A stretch of 64,000 nt of DNA from Gekko japonicus. Lineage: Eukaryota. The notes beneath the pieces were generated by a model. That model did no database searches. It was not told the DNA's origin and saw nothing but the letters and a program-made list of their open reading frames with translations. This document shows, one piece after another, positions 37,417 to 50,657 of this stretch. The stretch lies in assembly GCF_001447785.1 (NCBI RefSeq), contig NW_015177016.1, positions 524,502-588,501 on the forward strand. The letters run 5' to 3'. The translations under genes and the position numbers were made by a program. Positions within the stretch are counted from its first letter, which is position 1, and the number at the start of each line of letters is the position of its first letter.

Positions 37417-40400
37417 GTGTGGGGTTAACTTTTTATCCTGTTTTATACAATATGTCTTACTCTTTTCTGTTTTCTGAGTAATTTGAAACATAACTTCAGC
37501 ACTACCTGGACAATATAACAATATTGAGAGAATCCAGTAGCAGCTTTAAGACTGCTCAGCCATTTTTAAGCTTTGGCAATGTGAGGACTCCCATTTTGAT
37601 TAAAACATTTGCTAAGACTTCAGAGTTCTCTGCTCCTCTCTCACTGGTGTCTGCCACACATTGAACAGTTTCTTTTCAAAATGCATGTGGTAGAATTTGT
37701 ATGCATCACAGGGACCTCCATCCCCTTATTTCCTCAGAGCAGTATGAGCTACACAAATAAAGCAAGTTTAAGAAAAGCTTGCGTACTGTGCATACATGGC
37801 CTGTAAGCTCATTTCTCAGAGGAGTTGATTCTGTAGGGCCACAACTGAAACTCACCACTTATCTATTGTGCACAGCTTGAAACTCACCACTTGATAGTGC
37901 TGGAGAGAGTAAGAAACATCTTATTGGCAATCTCTACTCTTCTAACCGAATTAATGGGTGGGAAGGCCTGCAGGTTTTTTCAGAGCTGCTCATAGAAATA
38001 GAAGAAGGCTTGCATCACATAAAACCTGAACTTCTGGTATTGAATTGAAGACCACAATTGGCTATGGATGCAGAGCAGTATCCACCTATCTCTATGATAA
38101 AATCTTTTGGGTAAGAAAATATACTAAAATTCTATTCAGTTTTATACCAGAAGTAACAATGACAGCTGCATTAGGACTGTACTTCTTCTGTGTTACTCAG
38201 CCAACTGGAGCTCCTAGGGCTGTTATTGGTCCCCAGCAAAAAATCACCCACTTTCTCTGACCCCCCATGAGTGTGCCTCCTCTGCCACCTACCTGTGCAC
38301 CCTTCCCACACCCACTTGCTTGTGCATGCTCTTGCTTGCAGCTGCACATGCAGCTGCACATGCTCCTGGTGAACACAGTGCCAGCAGTCCCAGCTGCATG
38401 CATTGCCCAATGCCATTGGGGAAAGGGTATCCTAGCAGCTATGAGCACAAGTGATTGGAGGGCTTGTGAGTAGGCTGGGAAAAGTTGAACAGGTTGGGGG
38501 GCACATGGATGGGGGTTGGGAGGCACAAGTGAGGATCTTGGTGGTAGGCAGAGAACAAGAGCCCTGAGCATTCTGCCCCCTCAATACAGAACTGGCCCTG
38601 GAGTGGGTTCCTCTGAAGAAACGTAATTCATATTTTATCCTCTAAAATATTTTTTACATGTGTAAGAGTAAAGTGTACCTCCAGCTTTAATTCAGAAACA
38701 AAGTGTACCTCAGCTATCTGAAGTTTGGGAAACAGGTTTAACTACATGGAATATATCATATATTATTTATCATCTAACATTCAGTTCTGTTTTGGAGCTT
38801 GCTCAGGGTAGTATTTTCATTTCAGCCTCTGATTGAAAGATGATCTAATTGGTTAGCTAGGAGAGCTGGGAGTTGTATAAGTCTTATGTCATTGTTATAT
38901 GGAACGGGGATATGTGAAGCTATCTTGGAACCTCTAAAACAGAGGGAGTATCGGGAAGCAATGTATTTTCTTGCAATCTGCTCCCAATTGCTTAACTATG
39001 GTTTGGAGTGTTTCAGCCATACCAGTCCATGACAGAATATAAGCACTGCAATATCTCACCAGCTGAATGTATACTTCCTTTGCCGCCCAAATGGCCCTCC
39101 GTTTTATATCTTAGAATCAAACTTTTACAAGCATCTGCTGTAATTTCAAAACTTGCTTTCTAATTGTAAAAAAAAAAGTCTATTTGCAGATTATATTTTG
39201 TGGTTTATGTAATACTGCCCAACTGCCTGTTTCCTGACATACAATTTGAATGAAAGTTAACATCTGTCTTATTGTATGAAGCTTGCAAAAATAGCAGATG
39301 TTTATCTGTTTGAATACTTACAAGTAACAACAAACAGCAAACAAGAAAAAATTCAAATCTCCCATGAGTACTTTGAAACTGATCACATTGTTTATTATTA
39401 AGTTTATACTTTGAGGTAATGTAATGTGAGGTATCATTAATAATAATGAAAGGTAATATATACTGTTCTATGGAACTTCAGATCATTTATAAACAGTCTT
39501 AAAAATAACTATATGGGTTAAAATACAATAAATTAAATGTAAAACACATAGGACATAGTATGTACATAGAACATATAGTATATTTAAATGTATTGCAGGA
39601 ACCCAAAAACTTGTTAAAAAGGAGCTTGTTTCAGAATGCTTCCAATGCATTGAATAGTATGAATGAAAACAGATTTTTTTAATGTCCGCTAGGGCAGGTG
39701 ATTGACTCATAATACCTACATATTCTTTTACTGCCGCTGCTGAAAATCTACAATAGTTAATGATTTTATTAGCATATCATAAAATACATACATGTTGAAA
39801 TACAGAACATTAATAAAGTGTCCACATATAATCATATGATATGATAATAATCTTAGAAACATAATGTGCAGAGATCAGTATCGGTAAGGTTATTTTTTTG
39901 ATACTTATACTTATTATAGTGACCCATAATAACAGAACTGTATAGTATATTACATATTAGACAGGAAATTATTATAATCTCTGGTCTCAGGCTATGTATG
40001 AAAAAAATCTACCAAGACATTAAATTGTTCAGAGTTTAGAATGTTATTATATTTATTTCTGGTATTGTTAAAACATAATAAAGATATATCAGTCTATTTT
40101 TTAAAGAATCCTAACAATGGATAGACATTTACATATCCAGCAAGAAGTGCTGGATGCACTACTGACACTTCTGCTGTTCTTTCAGCTATAGGGAAACAGG
40201 ACATTGTCATAATCTGGCAGTTTAGGGAAGCAAGTGTATGAGCATTAACTGGATTTGTTAGTACGAGAAGTTGTTTCACTTTTGCTGAGGCAGGATGAAA
40301 GCTTCCAACAACTATAGGTCTGTTGCCCAAAGCAAGGCTTATTATGATATACATTTCATTTATTTACTGCATTTGTATTCTTCTGTGGAACTTGATGCTT

Positions 40401-40739
40401 TATATAGGGTAAAGGCACCTCAATGATTTCCCTTCCAGGTACTGACTAGAGCTAGACATGATTAGCTTTAGCAAGGTTGCTATATCAAACAAATTCCCCT
40501 AAACTTTTATGGATACCATCTGTCTGTCTGCCACTAATACTCCCAGCTTCATGAGTAACATTAATTAAAACTTTACATACAAAAATGGTTATTAATTCCT
40601 TCACTGGAAATAATTGGCTCAAGCTATTCAGTAGGGAAGATGGAGCATATCAAATAACAATTTGCACTGTCTTAGACCTTCCCCCTGGATGTTCCATCAG
40701 CATCCTGCGCTCACCAGCAAAATTAGAAAAGATAAAATG

Positions 40740-40995
40740 AATTCCAACTCTGGCCATTCCCTTTGTTTAACCAACATGTTGTGACCGCTATACAATTCTA
40801 TAATATTATTACTACCTATTCTAGCTCTAGCACCTTGCACTTTAAGTTTGTTATAACTGTACGATAAATTAAGATGTTTTATGTGTGATTTTATGTATTT
40901 TATACTTTTATGTATTTTATGTAAGCCGCCCTGAGCTTGCCTCAGCGGGGAGGGTGGGATATAAGTAAAACAAATAAATAAATAAAGAAAATAAA
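40740..40995 (+). mobile_element. L2 3' terminal fragment
   Basis: tgtaagccgccctgagc..gggagggtgggatata followed by (AAAT)n. Confidence 0.7.
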
Positions 40996-41492
40996 TGGGA
41001 ACCTTGGGATAGGGGAATATTTGGTATGCAAGTGAAGACTGGATGAAGCCTTAGCTATCATGTATGTGGGCTAAGTCATGAGCTGAGAGTACCAAAGAGA
41101 CACACTAGGGACTTGCTCCTGTGGAAATTGTCTCACAGTTGGTCACCCTTTTGCAGTTAAATTTTCACAGATAACAAATATATGTACTGCTGATTAAAAA
41201 ATGTTATTTTGGAAATGAAATATTACAGTTATAGGGAGACAAATTTATGATAGTTCAGATGTTTGTGGCTTGAATTTTTGAAAGGACACCAGTTTGCTAA
41301 CTGAAATAGAACATAGTGTTTATGTGTGTGTCAAAAATATGTTTTACATCATGTGAGGATTCTGTTCTGGTAGTTTACCATCTCAAATTCTTTAGCAATT
41401 TCCTTTCAACCTGAATGGATTAGTTTCACTGAATCCAAGCTGACGTTTCGAAAGATGTGTTTCTATTGTTTAACATTTGGTGGTTTTGCCAG

Positions 41493-41683
41493 GGGGAAAG
41501 ATGCTCATTCTCAGTCCAGATGTGGCATTATTTCTGCTGTGCTCTTCGTCATGATCTATGGACTGTTCTACCCCCTGTGTTAGCCCAGGAAATTCTATCA
41601 GAAGTGCTAGAGGAATCTTTGGCAATCTTGACTTGCAGATATTTTCAGGCCCAGCCCAGCTACAAAAGAACTTCACAGATAAG
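41493..41683 (+). CDS. KIAA0825: KIAA0825 internal coding exon, phase 0 to 2
   Basis: ttttgccag|GGG ... ATAAG|gtaatg. [63 protein letters not shown](R), DUF4495 core. Confidence 0.95.
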
Positions 41684-42370
41684 GTAATGATACTTTGTTA
41701 TTAATTTTGCCTTTTGTTGTTCTGTGCCTGAACATAAAACTATCTGGTTAAAATCCAAAGCAAAATTAAGCATGTGTGTAAACTAAGTTAATCTTGACAC
41801 ATAAAGAACTCCTGGAGACTTCTGGGGAAAAGCTCTTCTCCTGGGTAACAGGGAGCTCTCATTGAGAAATGGTGGCATTCATACTTTGCCCAAACATGAA
41901 CTTCATCTTGTTTCTTACCCACCTTCCCACATCTTTACTCTGATGGAGAATTCTCTCATTAAAACAGTTTTGATGACATACAAGAAAGGAGATACTAAAC
42001 TATAACAGAAGGCAGACACGCATAGAAGTGAACATTGCAAAATAGACATGTTTGCTGGTACAATATTAGAAGAGTTTTAATTTAACATAAAAAGAAGTCA
42101 ACTGCAAAGCTGAAGCTGAGCAAAATTTTCTAATTTCACCCATTTTCCAACATATGGGTACAAAATGTATTGCTGAGGGTCACAGAACTCCCGGGAACTG
42201 TGTGGGATAAATGCCACAGTGCTTTCATGTTATTAATTATGCCTCAGGATACTGTTGAGTTTTAAGCAAACAGAAAGATTTCTTTGTTTTTGTTTTTGCA
42301 AATGACATCACATTATGGATTGTATTGCAGCTTTTAATGGGTTTTGGGACTCTTCTTTTGCCTCTTACAG

Positions 42371-42553
42371 AATAGATTGTACAGCAATTCTGATGACCTG
42401 TGAAAACATGCTGTGGTCAGTCTGTAGCTCTGTGCAAGAACTCTTGAGCCCACATAAAGACAAAAATCCTCGCATTTATAAAATACACAAGTATTGCAAT
42501 GATCTTCTTATAGCAGCTGTCATTTTAACTGCCCCAGTGAAAAATCTTTATGA
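42371..42553 (+). CDS. KIAA0825: KIAA0825 internal coding exon, phase 2 to 2
   Basis: cctcttacag|A ATA ... TATGA|gtaagt. IDCTAILMTCENMLWSVCSSVQELLSPH..IYKIHKYCNDLL..VILTAPVKNLY(E). Confidence 0.95.
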
Positions 42554-43231
42554 GTAAGTGTGAATTTAATATTTTAAATATAAAAATTCATTTAAATGTC
42601 CATCCATCCTTGTGTGGTGGTTGTTTTTCAATATGGTGATGATGACGCATCAGTCTGTCCTGTTTATGAAGACAGCAGCAGTTTATGTGAGTAAGAACTT
42701 AATTTTTAAGGTGCTTTTACTGTTTTGTTTGTAACCTGCCCTTTAATCCACTATGTTGAGACAAACTGAACAAATAAAGCAACCAGTATTTCACAGTTTT
42801 CTGAAGCATTCATTAGTAGTTTTACTTCAGCATTAAGGAAGAAGTCATCTTCACATAAGATTTTATTATATAATTCAGGGTACATCTATAGAAAGTTTAC
42901 AATGCATCAATAAAATTAACTGATATTCTTTTATCTGATATAATGATATTCCTTAGTATAATTCCATAAACAGTTTCGAAGGGAAGAACATTGAGCAAGG
43001 AGTCATACCAAATCATAATTCAGAAAGTTCTGAGAAAGGAGCATGTATTTCCTCACATTTGACTAACAGACTTTTGAATTAGTTTCCTAACTGAGGAAAG
43101 AACATTTATTCCTTCCAATTTTTATGCATCTGTGTGCTGATACACAGTCCTTTCCTTTTCTGGATGCATTTCGATCTGGCTTCAGGCTCAGGTTTGGTTG
43201 CTTTGATTGATGACCTCTACTGACAACTAGA

Positions 43232-43280
43232 AGGAGCTGCGGTGGCTCAAGGGGTTATCGAGCAAGAGAACCTTTACCTT
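43232..43280 (+). mobile_element. 49-bp internally deleted Sauria-like SINE (head fused to tail) within a degraded L2 (about 43170-43560)
   Basis: GGAGCTGCGGTGGCTCAAGGGGTTA joined to TCGAGCAAGAGAACCTTTACCTT; perfect 14-bp TSD tactgacaactaga (43218-43231 / 43281-43294). Confidence 0.8.
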
Positions 43281-45332
43281 TACTGACAACTAGACAGGGC
43301 AAATGTGATCCTGCTATATCTCTTAGTGCTTTTCATACTATTGACAGTAATATCCTACTGAACTGCCTCTTAGCACTAGGACTGGGAAGCACTGTGTTAT
43401 GGTGGTTCGAGCCCTATCTGGGGGGACGGTCTCAAAAGCTGGAGCTGGAGGATTCCCGCTCTGTTTCATGGCCACTGATGTGTGGGGTTCTGTAGGGTTT
43501 GATCTTATCTCTCCCATGCTGTTTAATATCTGCATGAAGGTGCTGGGAGAGGCAACCAACAAGAATTTCCTTTAGCAATAGTAGATATTGGAAGCAATCC
43601 TAAGCAGGTCTACTCAGAATTGCCCTATTTTATTCAGTAGAGCTTACTCCCAGGAAAATGTTATTGGTATTGCAGCCATTATGTCTTAATAGATGAGAGA
43701 AAGGAACTAAGCAGACAGTGATGTCTGCTGCTAGTGGAAAACTTGAGTTATGTGGTCACTAAGGTTGCTACAAATAGAAAAAACAAGCACAAGATTAATG
43801 TAACAAACACCAATTACACTAAGCTCAGACCAGAATGTAGTTAACTTTTACAGTGTCATAATTTCAGGGAGAAATCTTTCTCTGTTTAATTAAAATATTT
43901 GTACACAATCTTTCCATATAAATATTCATGACTCTCCTTACAACACACCAAACCAATTAAAAATAAAACAATAATATACTAAATATCACAGTATACTAAA
44001 AACAGCAATAAAAGCAAATGGGCAGATATCCCCATTAACCCAGCATCAAAGTAAACACAAAATCTTAACCTGAAAAAAACCACCAGACAGTAAGCCCTTA
44101 AAACAATGCTGATATAATTCAGCCCTATTTTTAATCTTTTTAAATTCTTTCATGCATCATGCTGTTTTGTATTTCTGTATTTTTGTAATAAAAATGATGA
44201 CCTAAACGCAGAATGACTAATAAAACTCTACCCAGAAAAAAGGTATTTAAAACTGCAGCAATATAAAAGCAGGCAGCTAACAAAACCATATCAGGGAGTG
44301 GGAAATTTGTAAAAGAGAAAGTGAAAAATAAAATAAAAAAATCTTTGCCAGCTCCTTAAAAGATTGTAGGTTAAGTGCTAGATGACCTTCAGGAGACAGT
44401 TCCATGTTTTAGGCATCACTGTTGAAAAGACTTCTGACTCAGACTACATTACGTGGGTCTGGACATTGTTACTGTGTATGGTCAGTACAAGTATCAGGTA
44501 GGCATGTGCCCTGTGTGAATGATCCTAGTTCCCAAGCTGGACTCAGAGTCACAAAGTAGCCAGCCATAGGAGAGAAACCTGTCTCTCGCTTTCTCTTCCT
44601 GGCAAGAGTTGCTGACTTAGATTTAACACCTGGCCAGATACAAGTAAGAGCCCAAGCCTAGACTTAGACCACTGCACTTTAATTTAGAGTTGAGAATCCA
44701 TCTCTTCTCCAAGTATTTGCCCAGTTTTAAACTGGCCAGTGTTTATTATATCAGGACAAAAGCCTTGCCACAGCTTCTTTGGAAAATGGAGGCCTTGATC
44801 TTTCCATTAGTGAGGCAGATCCTCCCAGGGAGACTTCACAAGCCAGGGTGGTCACGTATCAAATAGACGTGGTGGGTCTCATCCTCTGGCTGCAATCCTA
44901 ACTGAAATGTATTCCTATGAACATGTCAAGTGGAAGCCTCAGTTATCATTAATAATATCTGTATCAAATATAATCAGTTTTATCTGCAAACTATTTACAA
45001 ATTGGTCACAGTGAGGGATCCTCTTTTTCTGCCTGTGTACCAATGTATAAGAAGCCTCTTACCTATTACCTATTAAAATGACATTGCTGGATAGCACTGG
45101 AAGGATGCAGTGGTAGTAGAAAAGTATAATTGCTTTGCTGGTGTAATTACCCCAGAATGGACACAATGGACATTGTGGACAATAGACATTGATTTCTAGT
45201 TTGTATTCTGTCAGCTTGGATATGAGTTTTCTTCCACAGTCACTTCAAATGTAACCTCTGCCACTTCTTTGCCACAATCTCTTTTGAGAAAAAAGGAGAC
45301 GAGTGGGCTCTTGTGCATGAAAGAGAATGCTT

Positions 45333-45563
45333 AGGAGCCAGTTTGGTGTAGTGATGTAGAGAGCGGTGCACTCCAATCTGGAGAACCGGGTTTGATTCCC
45401 CACTCCTTCACATGCAGCTAGCTGGGTGAACTTGGGGCAGTCACAGTTCTCTCAGAGCTCTCACAGGTTGTCTGTTTTGGGGAGAGGAAGGGAAGGAAAT
45501 TGTAAGCTGCTCTGAGACTCTGAGTGGCGGGAGGGGTATAAATCCAATCTCCTCCTCCTTCTT
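45333..45563 (+). mobile_element. Squam3-like tRNA SINE
   Basis: ggagccagtttggtgtagtg..ccgggtttgattcccc head; ataaatccaatctcctcctccttcttc tail. Confidence 0.8.
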
Positions 45564-45667
45564 CTGTCTGTTTTCTGTGTGGCTTCTTGATTCCAGAGGT
45601 CCATCTGGACATTGTCTGAATTGCCAGCCATGTCAACAGGAAATTTCCCCAGAGACTTCAATTTTGA

Positions 45668-45905
45668 GGGGAGTAAAGCCAACCTAGCAGTTCGAAAGCA
45701 AGAAATTGCAAGTAGATAAATAGGTACCACTTCAGTGGGAAGGTAACAGCGTTCCGTGCGCCTTGGTGTTTAGCCATGCCGGCCACATGACCACGGAAAC
45801 ATCTTCGGACAGGGCTGGCTCTTCGGCTTTGAAACGGAGATGAGCACCGCAACCCTAGAGTCGGATTCGACTGGCTCTCGAGCAAGGGAACCTTTACCTT
45901 TCCCT
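45668..45905 (+). mobile_element. Sauria (Squam1)-like SINE, 5'-truncated
   Basis: tagataaataggtacc..ggccacatgacc..gagatgagcacc body and GGGAACCTTTACCTTT Bov-B-type tail. Confidence 0.82.
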
Positions 45906-47204
45906 TTAAAGCCATTTTAATTCATGACCTAGGTAGCATACATTCATGAGCTAAAATATTGAGACCTCACAGCCCTTGACCTCTACATTTCAATAACAAA
46001 TAAAAGTTTCTAATGGTTTTAGAAAATAATTTATAAAACATCCCATTATACTGTATTTGTTTTAATGTTGTTAATTTGTCTCTAAATACTGGTATTCTAA
46101 TTATCTTTCTATTTAGTAATTGCACTTGTCCACTATATATGTCCCAACTGTTATTACCAGATTTCCTGCAGGGTAAACATGTCTTGTTCTTAGTTTTCCA
46201 TTCCATAAAGCACTCTGAATAAATACAGCATAGGTGACATATACAGTAGTCTGAACTGTACTGTCCAATATTAATTTCCAGTCATTCTTGATGTTTTCAC
46301 TATATCACCATATATGCAACAGGTTTCGATCTACTAATGTGCCTTGATAATTTATCTCCTTTTTTATGAATTTATCTCAATTAATTATTCTGTTTCTTTA
46401 AATACTTCATATATAGCTTAGCTTCTGAAAGTATTTTTGTATTTTCAAAAAGAAATCAACTTGATATTATACTGAATTTAAGATTATTTCTAACACAAAT
46501 TTCTTTAAATTCTACAATTCAACATTATTAGGAGTCTTTATTTAAGCATTCATCATTTCACACTCGCACTGAGATTTATAAGATCAGTTCTCACCTTGTC
46601 ATATATTGCACAGGAACAACATAACTCCAGCACAGAATTTTTTCTTGGTATCAAATATTCTCACAGATGCTTTCCTCATCTTTGAGACTAGAGGCAGCTG
46701 CTATAGCATATTTTATACATAAACAGTGCTATCTTAAGCAGAGTTAAACCCTTTTAAGTTGATTGAACTTAGTGGGTGTTGAAAGGTATAACTCCACTTA
46801 GGATTGCACTGGAAGTATATTTCCTTATATCTATGGTTATGATATAATTATCATACTAAGAAAACTTAAACTTATAGATTTACTATTAATATTTTCATTG
46901 CTAGCACCAGTCATAGAGATCCACTAAGCCAAACCTTCATTGACATTATCATTTAGATTATTTCTCTGGTATATATTAAGAAATTATTAAACTCTTATAG
47001 TCCTTCTTTAAAATGTATCACAGTTTCAAAATGGTTTTAGAAATTTGGTTAGAATGGTTTCATCCAGTCATAGAGTTCTGGCTTTAAAGGTTTTGCCGTG
47101 TGCTCTTAGAGAACTCTGAAGAATTATACCTAATTGATTCTATTCATCCAGATTCATTAATCACTCAGTAAATAGGGCATGTTCTTTCTACACATTTTAA
47201 AGAT

Positions 47205-47608
47205 GGGTAACGACGTTAGTCTGTCTGTAGCAGTAGAAAAGAGCAAGAGTCCAGTAGCACATTAAAGACTAATAAAATATGTGCCAGGGCATGAGCTTTC
47301 TTGAGTCACTGCTCACTTATGAAGAAGCTCATACCCTGCCACCAATGTTCCCTCTAAGCTGTGGAGTCTTGTGAGCAAAAATTCTACTTTATGAGCTCCT
47401 GGCATTAAAGCTGTGAGAGAGCAATTTGGCTAATGCATCAATTAGTTTGCTCTGGAGCCATCCTTCCTGAGCTGAGACAAAAATGTGTGAGCTGGAGGCT
47501 AAAAAACTGTGAGCTAGCTCACTCTAACTCAGCTTAGAGGGTACATTGCCTGCCACATATTTTATTAATCTTTAAGGTGCTACTGGACTCTTGCTCTTTT
47601 CTACTACA
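47205..47608. mobile_element. Penelope-like palindromic remnant with a nested hAT MITE
   Basis: Arms agtagaaaagagcaagagtccagtagcac..taaagactaataaaatatgtg / cacatattttattaatctttaaggtgctactggactcttgctcttttctact. Confidence 0.8.
47343..47548. mobile_element. hAT MITE (206 bp)
   Basis: TIR caatgttccctctaagctg / cagcttagagggtacattg; perfect 8-bp TSD cctgccac. Confidence 0.9.
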
Positions 47609-47719
47609 CATTTTTAAAGTATAGATCCCCCCCAATTGGGGCTTGTCCTATTCCTTACACTGTACAAAAGTTATTGGGTTGGATCCTACAGTACTGCAAA
47701 TGGTATCAGTTTTCAGAAG

Positions 47720-48044
47720 TAGGGTTGCCAAGTCCCCGCTACATGTACAGCGGGGGACTCCAGTGCCGCAACCACGTCACCCAGAAGTGACGCAACCACG
47801 TTGGGCATGCCGGGGGCGGGGCCACAATCATCTGAGGGAAAACCATAGAGTTTTCCCTCGGATGACTGCGGCCACGCCCCCAACGCCCCCAACGCGACTG
47901 TGTCACTTCCGGGTGACGTGCTGACACCGGGCATGTCATGTGCTTTGGGGGTGGGGTTCCCCCCGGGGCCCAATCCGCTGGCGGCAGGTAACGGGCCTCT
48001 GGGGCAGGGGGTTCCCCGCTCCCCGGGGGGACTTGGCAAGCCTA
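47720..48044. mobile_element. hAT-Blackjack-type GC-rich MITE with internal palindrome (copy 1)
   Basis: tagggttgccaagt / acttggcaagccta; perfect TSD ttcagaag (47712-47719 / 48045-48052). Confidence 0.9.
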
Positions 48045-48909
48045 TTCAGAAGTTATTTTTGCTTACTCCTCCTTTTCATTGCAGCCCACTAAGTCCCACT
48101 CTTAGCCATTCCTGAGGGCTAGATATCTTTGGAAACAACATGGGTTGTGCCATTGTTGGTTGCTGTACCCAGAAAGAGAAGTTAGTAGAAGTGACCCCCC
48201 CACCATTTGTGTTAGTTTTGTAAGAGAGGCTGGGTATTTCTCCTACAGTCTTTTCAAGAGCAACACCCCATGTTGTTTCCAAACACCCTGTGTCCTTAAT
48301 GATAGCATAGGCTCCAGTGATGAAGAGGACATCCCTTCTCCAAACTTGTTATGTTTACAGTAGTATAGGATCCAGCCCATAATGGTCTTCTAATTTAAAG
48401 CATACCTATGTTACAAAGTTGCAATTATGTGCTTGGAATTGAGTGTGTGCAGCACGTAGCCAGAATCAAGTAAGTATGTAACTGTTTTGTATGTATAGTT
48501 GGAAATGTACGTATTCCACTGCATACATTTCATCTGTATTTGTACATGTAATTTTGCATGCATTTGTAAACAATGTAATATGAAGGCTAGTTGAATAGTC
48601 TCCCTGATGTTCTGGTTATTGGCACACAGTGAGTTCTATTATAACATTGAAACATACAAGCTCACACCCATAGCCTGAAGTAATACTGTTCAGGAGCAAC
48701 TTTATCTATTGATTGTGTAAACCATTCCAGGAGTAGAGCAGCTAAGAATAAAATTGAGCAGTTCTTGCCATGGAATTGGACCGTTAAAATTATGGTGTGA
48801 CAGCTGGGAACTGATGGGAACTTCTGACTTTCCTGTTCTTCTCTGCAGAACTTGAATGGGAAAAATTGTGGAGTTTGAAGTAGTAAGGGGCATAGTCACC
48901 AGGGACTTA

Positions 48910-49866
48910 CCGTATTTTTTGCTCCATAAGACACACTTCCCCCCCACTTTCTTGGGGGTCTTATGGAGCGAATACTGCAAAATACTGCCCCCGCCAGGTA
49001 CTCCCACGCTGACAGCTGCCTAGGCAACTTGATTACTCACTGGGGACCGCTCCATCTGGCCCGCCCTGGGCCCCCCCAAGCCACATCGCTGCCCGCCCTC
49101 AGCCGCTTGCCGGCCTCGGACAGGCCAGGCCAGGTGCCCCAGCAGAGGCCAGCCAGCGGACGGGTGTCGTCCTCTGTAAGCGCATGCGTGATGGCACCAG
49201 CACCGCCTCAGCTGAGCCCTGCTGCGCTTGCCCTCCTCTTTCTCCCTCATGCACAGCCCTGAGGAGCCGGAGGCCAGCACCTCTTCCCTTTGCTCCCGGC
49301 CCTCTTCCACAGCCGCTTCGCGGTGTGGGCTGACTGTGCTGAGGTGCCACCAGCCTCGGAAGCAGCCTCGAAGGAAGCGGGGGCAGGGCGGCAGCTGCTA
49401 CTGCAGCAGGAGGCTGCCCCTTCGCTGGCAGCCCTTTCGTCATCATCTGGCTCAGCCAAAGCAGCTCTGACACCGCTCTGCACTGCGTCCACCACCACTA
49501 CCACCAGCACCACTGCCAAAGACACCGCGAGGCCTCCCTGATGCAGACCTGCCACTGCACCAAACACCTCCTCCTGTCCAACCCCGGCTGCAGGAGCTGG
49601 GATGCCGGCGACAGAGGAGCAGCGCTGATCTACCCACTGCTGGGCCTGGAGAACGAGGCCACCGCCGCCCCTTCTTCTCCCAAGGGAAGGGCTGGCAGGC
49701 GGCGGCCCAGCTAGAGCTCAACTGCCTATTAACATACAACAAGCCTCTATTAAAGGGACAGGACATTTTCCTCAATTGTTTAGCTGGGGAAGGATTTCCT
49801 GTTTTCCTCCCCAAAAAAATAGGTGCGTCTTATGGTCAGGTGCGTCTTATGGAGCGAAAAATACGG
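48910..49866. mobile_element. Non-autonomous Tc1/mariner (Tc2-like) element with GC-rich interior
   Basis: ta|ccgtattttttgctccataagac ... gtcttatggagcgaaaaatacgg|ta; subterminal gtgcgtcttatgg repeats. Confidence 0.85.
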
Positions 49867-50657
49867 TACACTGCAAATTTTGGGTCAAAGGAGAGTAGGC
49901 ATCTGTAAATGTCGTCTTTCTCAAGAACCCAGAGTTCCTTTGAGGGTATAGATGCCTAATGAATAGATGCCTAATCTGCTAGATGGGTGGCAAACTGGGA
50001 AAAGGCCTTCTCAGTCATGGCATAAAAATTATGTAATTCCCTCCCAGGGAGATTTATCTATCCCCCTCCATCATTATCTTCCACCAGCAGGTGAAATCTT
50101 TTCCATTTTATTTGTCATTTCCTCACTGATCCTCTTTCCCATTTAGGTATTTTTAAAATTGGTTTTATTTATATGTATTGTCAAGAATTTTTAAAATGTT
50201 TTTGATTGTTTGCTGTCTTCGGGAAACATAAAAAGTGTTTTAAATAAAATAATTATTTAATTTCAGATCCATGCTTCCAAATGTATTCAGAAATAAACAG
50301 TAGAACTTAGTACTATTTTATTAGACTTTGCTGCTTTTCATAAATATTTGTGGTGGCATTGTAATATCCAGCAAAAATTAAACAATTGATGTTTGTATAA
50401 CAACAACAACAACAACAATAATAATTTGGCTTTTTACCCCGCCCTCCCGGCTGAGACCGGCTCAGGGTGGCTTACATAAGAACAGAATAAAATCCCAACA
50501 ATACAGTATAAAAGTATAACATTGGTTAATACAATAACAGTTCTTAAAACCATAAATATAGAAATATAATAATAATAGATGTATTGTTTATGGAGCATTT
50601 ATAATAGGGCTGCAAGGGGTTCTCTCCTTCTCTGTGCCACCTTCCATACTCCACTCC

